The translations under genes were made by a program, and so were the position numbers. The notes below the pieces were generated by a model. The model did no database searches. It was not told where the DNA came from and saw only the letters and a program-made list of their open reading frames with translations. DNA of 18,293 nt from Candidatus Latescibacterota bacterium (GTDB lineage: Bacteria > Latescibacterota > UBA2968): contig JAYODI010000100.1 of NCBI GenBank assembly GCA_038279365.1, positions 1-18,293 of the forward strand, read 5' to 3'. Within the stretch, counting starts at the first letter, position 1; each line of letters opens with the position of its first letter. Shown here one piece after another: positions 15,245-18,293 of this stretch.

Positions 15245-16714
15245 ATGTCGATTCATCCTTTAGATGGGGTTGTACACGCCCCACCCTTTCCATTGCACCT
15301 CGATTGGCTCAATACAGACCATCCATTTACAATGGACAGCCTCAAAGGAAAAATCGTTCTGCTCGATTTTTGGACCTACGGCTGTATCAATTGTATGCAT
15401 GTGTTGCCAGACCTAAAGCGTTTGGAACAAAAGTATGCCCAAGAACTGGTGGTCATTGGCATCCACTCAGCCAAGTTTACCCACGAAAAGCAAACAGATG
15501 CCATTCAGGCAGTTATTCACCGCTACGAAATCGAACACCCTGTTGTGAACGACTGTCACTTCCAAATATGGAAAGCCTACAACATTCACGCCTGGCCCTC
15601 GTTTATGCTCATCAATCCCAATGGACGTATTGTGGGTACCCATTCTGGCGAAGGCATTTACCCTCTTTTTGATCCCTTAATACAAAAACTCATCACACAT
15701 TTTGATCAAAAAGGGGCCTTAGATCGTACCCAACAAACGTATAACCGTCAATCGGTTCCCCAGCAAACCTTGCTATTCCCACACAAAATTCACGCCTCCA
15801 ACCATCAGCTTTACATCGCAGATACCAACCACAACCGCATACTGATCACCGACCTCCATGGACACATTCAAGACACCATTGGAAAGGGTGACATGGGCAA
15901 AAAAGATGGCACATTTGAATCGGCCACTTTTTTTCACCCCAAAGGCATCTACCGCTCAGGCGATGATCTCTACATTGCCGACACCGAAAACCACCTCATT
16001 CGCAAAGCCAACCTGACCCAGCGCCGTGTTCAAACCGTGCTTGGAACGGGTCACCAAGCGCAACAATTTAACAAACCAGGCACAGGCCTTTCATGTGCGC
16101 TCAACTCTCCGTGGGACTTAACCATTGAAAACAACATTCTCTACATAGCCATGGCTGGCGCGCACCAAATCTGGGCCGTTGATCCCAATGGTTTTCATGC
16201 ACGCCCTCATGCGGGTTCTGCACGCGAAGACATAGACGACGGCCCATTGCTCACGGCAACACTTGCCCAACCCAGTGGACTAACAACCGATGGCAAACAC
16301 CTCTATATTGCCGACAGTGAAACCAGCGCCATTCGCCAAGCCAGCATTTCCCCCTCGGGTTATGTGGAAACCCTCATCGGAGAAGCCCTTTTCCACTTTG
16401 GTGACAAAGACGGTACGTATCCTAAGGCACGCTTGCAACACCCCTTAGGTATCACCCATCACAATGGGTTGCTCTATGTAGCCGATACCTATAACCACAA
16501 AATCAAAACCATCGATCCCAAAACCAAAACGGCTACCACACGTGCAGGCTCAACCAAAGGTCATCAAGACGGCAACCTTACCACCGCACAATTCAACGAA
16601 CCCTCTGGTGTTACAGTGCATCTTCACTTGCTCTATGTGGCTGACACCAACAACCATGCCATCCGTGTCATAGATCTCAACATGCAAACTGTGTCTACGT
16701 TACACATCCAGTAA
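15245..16714 (+). CDS. Thioredoxin-like (redoxin) domain plus NHL-repeat beta-propeller protein (NHLRC2/SOQ1-like architecture)
   Basis: LKGKIVLLDFWTYGCINCMH and VIGIHSAKF, followed by repeated LYIADT.NH.I NHL repeats. Confidence 0.92.
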   Translation: MSIHPLDGVVHAPPFPLHLDWLNTDHPFTMDSLKGKIVLLDFWTYGCINCMHVLPDLKRLEQKYAQELVVIGIHSAKFTHEKQTDAIQAVIHRYEIEHPVVNDCHFQIWKAYNIHAWPSFMLINPNGRIVGTHSGEGIYPLFDPLIQKLITHFDQKGALDRTQQTYNRQSVPQQTLLFPHKIHASNHQLYIADTNHNRILITDLHGHIQDTIGKGDMGKKDGTFESATFFHPKGIYRSGDDLYIADTENHLIRKANLTQRRVQTVLGTGHQAQQFNKPGTGLSCALNSPWDLTIENNILYIAMAGAHQIWAVDPNGFHARPHAGSAREDIDDGPLLTATLAQPSGLTTDGKHLYIADSETSAIRQASISPSGYVETLIGEALFHFGDKDGTYPKARLQHPLGITHHNGLLYVADTYNHKIKTIDPKTKTATTRAGSTKGHQDGNLTTAQFNEPSGVTVHLHLLYVADTNNHAIRVIDLNMQTVSTLHIQ

Positions 16715-16740
16715 AACTTGATTTTCAGAAAGGACGTCGC

Positions 16741-17427
16741 ATGTCTGATACGCGTCATACAGAATCATATTATCAAATTGACCTTTCCACTCAAAATTGG
16801 GTCAAATACCTCACATACATTGTGATTGGGCTTTTATCCATTCACGTTGTGCTCCAAATTTGGCACTATGAATTTGAAAAATTACCTTGGCTCTTACGGC
16901 AAATTTTCGACGTAGATGAAGAAGACACAATTCCCACTTGGTACTCGGCCAATGCACTTTTGGTAACTGCGGGCCTGCTGTATCTCATTAGCCAGCGCAA
17001 ACGCACAGACCAAGACCCTTGGTTTCGCTATTGGTACGGCTTAACAATCGGTTTTGTATTTCTTTCCTTAGATGAAATTGCAGGTTTCCACGAAACCGTT
17101 AATGGTTTGGTCGAATTTTCTTGGACAATTCCTGGTGGTATTGTGGCCGCCTTGGTTGGCTTATTATATCTTCGATTCCTGTGGCACCTTCCAGTCCAAA
17201 TCCGATGGCGCTTTATCATTGCAGGTGCCATATTTGTGGGGGGGGCCGTGGGCGTCGAGAAGTATACCGATTGGTATGAAGACGAAGACCTCCTCAACAC
17301 ACTGGCCTACAACCTATGGACAGCCGTTGAAGAAGGCATGGAAATGGGCAGTATTGTGTTCTTTATCCAAGCACTGCTTCAGTACATGAACTTGGAAAAA
17401 CGTGCACGGGTGAACATCATGCCATAG
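16741..17427 (+). CDS. Multi-pass membrane protein of unknown function
   Basis: About six hydrophobic segments, with family-like motifs FDVDEE.TIPTWYS, LSLDE...HE and EEGMEM. AAGGA RBS. Confidence 0.8.
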   Translation: MSDTRHTESYYQIDLSTQNWVKYLTYIVIGLLSIHVVLQIWHYEFEKLPWLLRQIFDVDEEDTIPTWYSANALLVTAGLLYLISQRKRTDQDPWFRYWYGLTIGFVFLSLDEIAGFHETVNGLVEFSWTIPGGIVAALVGLLYLRFLWHLPVQIRWRFIIAGAIFVGGAVGVEKYTDWYEDEDLLNTLAYNLWTAVEEGMEMGSIVFFIQALLQYMNLEKRARVNIMP

Positions 17428-17490
17428 AAAACACGCACATGCATTGCGGGTCTGTGTCTACCGCATTGCTTCAACAGGTCATTTGCATAC

Positions 17491-17529
17491 AAAAAGTCGC
17501 TCAATAGCCATCTACTGAGCGACTTTTTT
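17491..17529 (+). terminator. Intrinsic terminator
   Basis: AAAAAGTCGCTCA...TGAGCGACTTTTTT inverted repeat. Confidence 0.85.
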
Positions 17530-17601
17530 ATTTATTTGAATAATGAACCTTCTGATCTGTTTTCTTTTTTTAAAAGTTTTGGTAAAACTTAAAAAAAGAT
17601 C

Positions 17602-17627
17602 GAACCATTTTCCCAATCAGGTGTATC
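17602..17627 (+). promoter_or_regulatory. Putative ECF-type autoregulatory promoter
   Basis: GAACC (17602-17606), a 16-nt spacer and GTATC (17623-17627) upstream of the ECF gene, resembling the generic ECF AAC...GT pattern. Confidence 0.35.
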
Positions 17628-17672
17628 ACACTATGAAAGCGGATCATCAACAACCCAACACGCCAGGATCGT

Positions 17673-18278
17673 ATGCTGACATTCTTTAGAAAATACGACA
17701 CATATACAGATGAAAAGCTGATGAAATTTATTCAGCGCCAAGACACGGTTGCATTTGATGTGTTGTATGAACGTTACAGCAAAAGAATGTTGTATTACTT
17801 TCACAGAATGTTGGGTGGAAACACAGAAAAAGCACAAGATTTTTTGCAGGATCTTTTTCTCAAAATAGTTGAAAAACCAGATCGTTTTTGTACTGAAAAC
17901 AAATTCAGCAGTTGGATTTTTACGGTGGCACACAACATGTGCAAAAATGAATATCGGCAACAAGGTGTGCGAAACGTTGTTTCAAGCATACCCGACATGG
18001 ATTTGCTCTCAGAGCACATCGGCGAAGATCATCCCATCGAACAAGCATTGGATCACCACACCTTTGAAGAAGCAGTCATCCAAGCTTTATCAGATCTCTC
18101 TCCAGAACACAAAACCACATTTTTATTGCGGCACCAAGAAAATCAATCCATAAAAGAAATCAGTGCCCAGCTCAATTGTTCTGAGGGCACCACCAAATCG
18201 CGGTTGTTTTATACCACGCAAAAATTGGCTCAAAAATTAAAACGGCACAATCCTTATCGTGACGAGAGGTGTATATGA
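17673..18278 (+). CDS. ECF-type RNA polymerase sigma-70 factor
   Basis: Region 2 (AFDVLYERY, AQDFLQDLFLK, FSSWIFTVAHNMCKN) and region 4 (LSPEHKTTFLLR..SIKEIS..SEGTTKSRLFY). Confidence 0.95.
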   Translation: MLTFFRKYDTYTDEKLMKFIQRQDTVAFDVLYERYSKRMLYYFHRMLGGNTEKAQDFLQDLFLKIVEKPDRFCTENKFSSWIFTVAHNMCKNEYRQQGVRNVVSSIPDMDLLSEHIGEDHPIEQALDHHTFEEAVIQALSDLSPEHKTTFLLRHQENQSIKEISAQLNCSEGTTKSRLFYTTQKLAQKLKRHNPYRDERCI

Positions 18279-18293
18279 AAAAAATGGCAAATG
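18275..18293 (+). CDS. Possible start of a downstream gene coupled to the ECF sigma, truncated by the window end
   Basis: ATGA start/stop overlap at 18275-18278 with GAGG upstream; reads MKKMAN. Confidence 0.45.

Noticed and set aside
2828-18153. Numerous 60-210 aa alternative-frame and antisense ORFs inside the main genes
   Set aside because: They lie within well-supported CDSs and show no recognisable motifs.
1-18293. Genome-wide UGA reassignment (code 4 or 25)
   Set aside because: Several full-length genes end at TGA at their expected C-termini, Trp is encoded by TGG, and I saw no other internal TGA.

Overview
Bacterial chromosomal window using the standard code. From left to right it holds a PIN/RHH type II toxin-antitoxin pair just downstream of tRNA-Pro(UGG), a PhyH-family Fe(II)/2OG dioxygenase and a beta-carbonic anhydrase. 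A catabolic run follows: GH29 alpha-L-fucosidase, URO-D-like protein, small membrane protein, two tandem M19 dipeptidase paralogs, a ~520-bp non-coding hairpin/inverted-repeat element, a Cys-type sulfatase and an EVE-domain protein. Next come a UPF0182-rhodanese pair on the minus strand, a thioredoxin-NHL protein, a membrane protein and an ECF sigma factor. The gene mix suggests a Latescibacterota/Poribacteria-like heterotroph (inference only). Main finding: the ORF track truncates the two-domain rhodanese at a TGA (11478-11476) that lies exactly at the catalytic Cys codon (Y-TGA-QGGYRS), and the frame continues intact to TAA at 11341, so this is most likely a selenoprotein. I see no clearly canonical bacterial SECIS at the usual spacing. 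Instead, the 3' UTR carries an 89-nt structured element (11217-11305) whose G-U pairs work only on the mRNA strand, a candidate non-canonical 3'-UTR recoding signal. Other notable points are an HxG (halogenase-like) iron motif in the dioxygenase and a local G/C-skew inversion around the 8.5-9.0 kb element.
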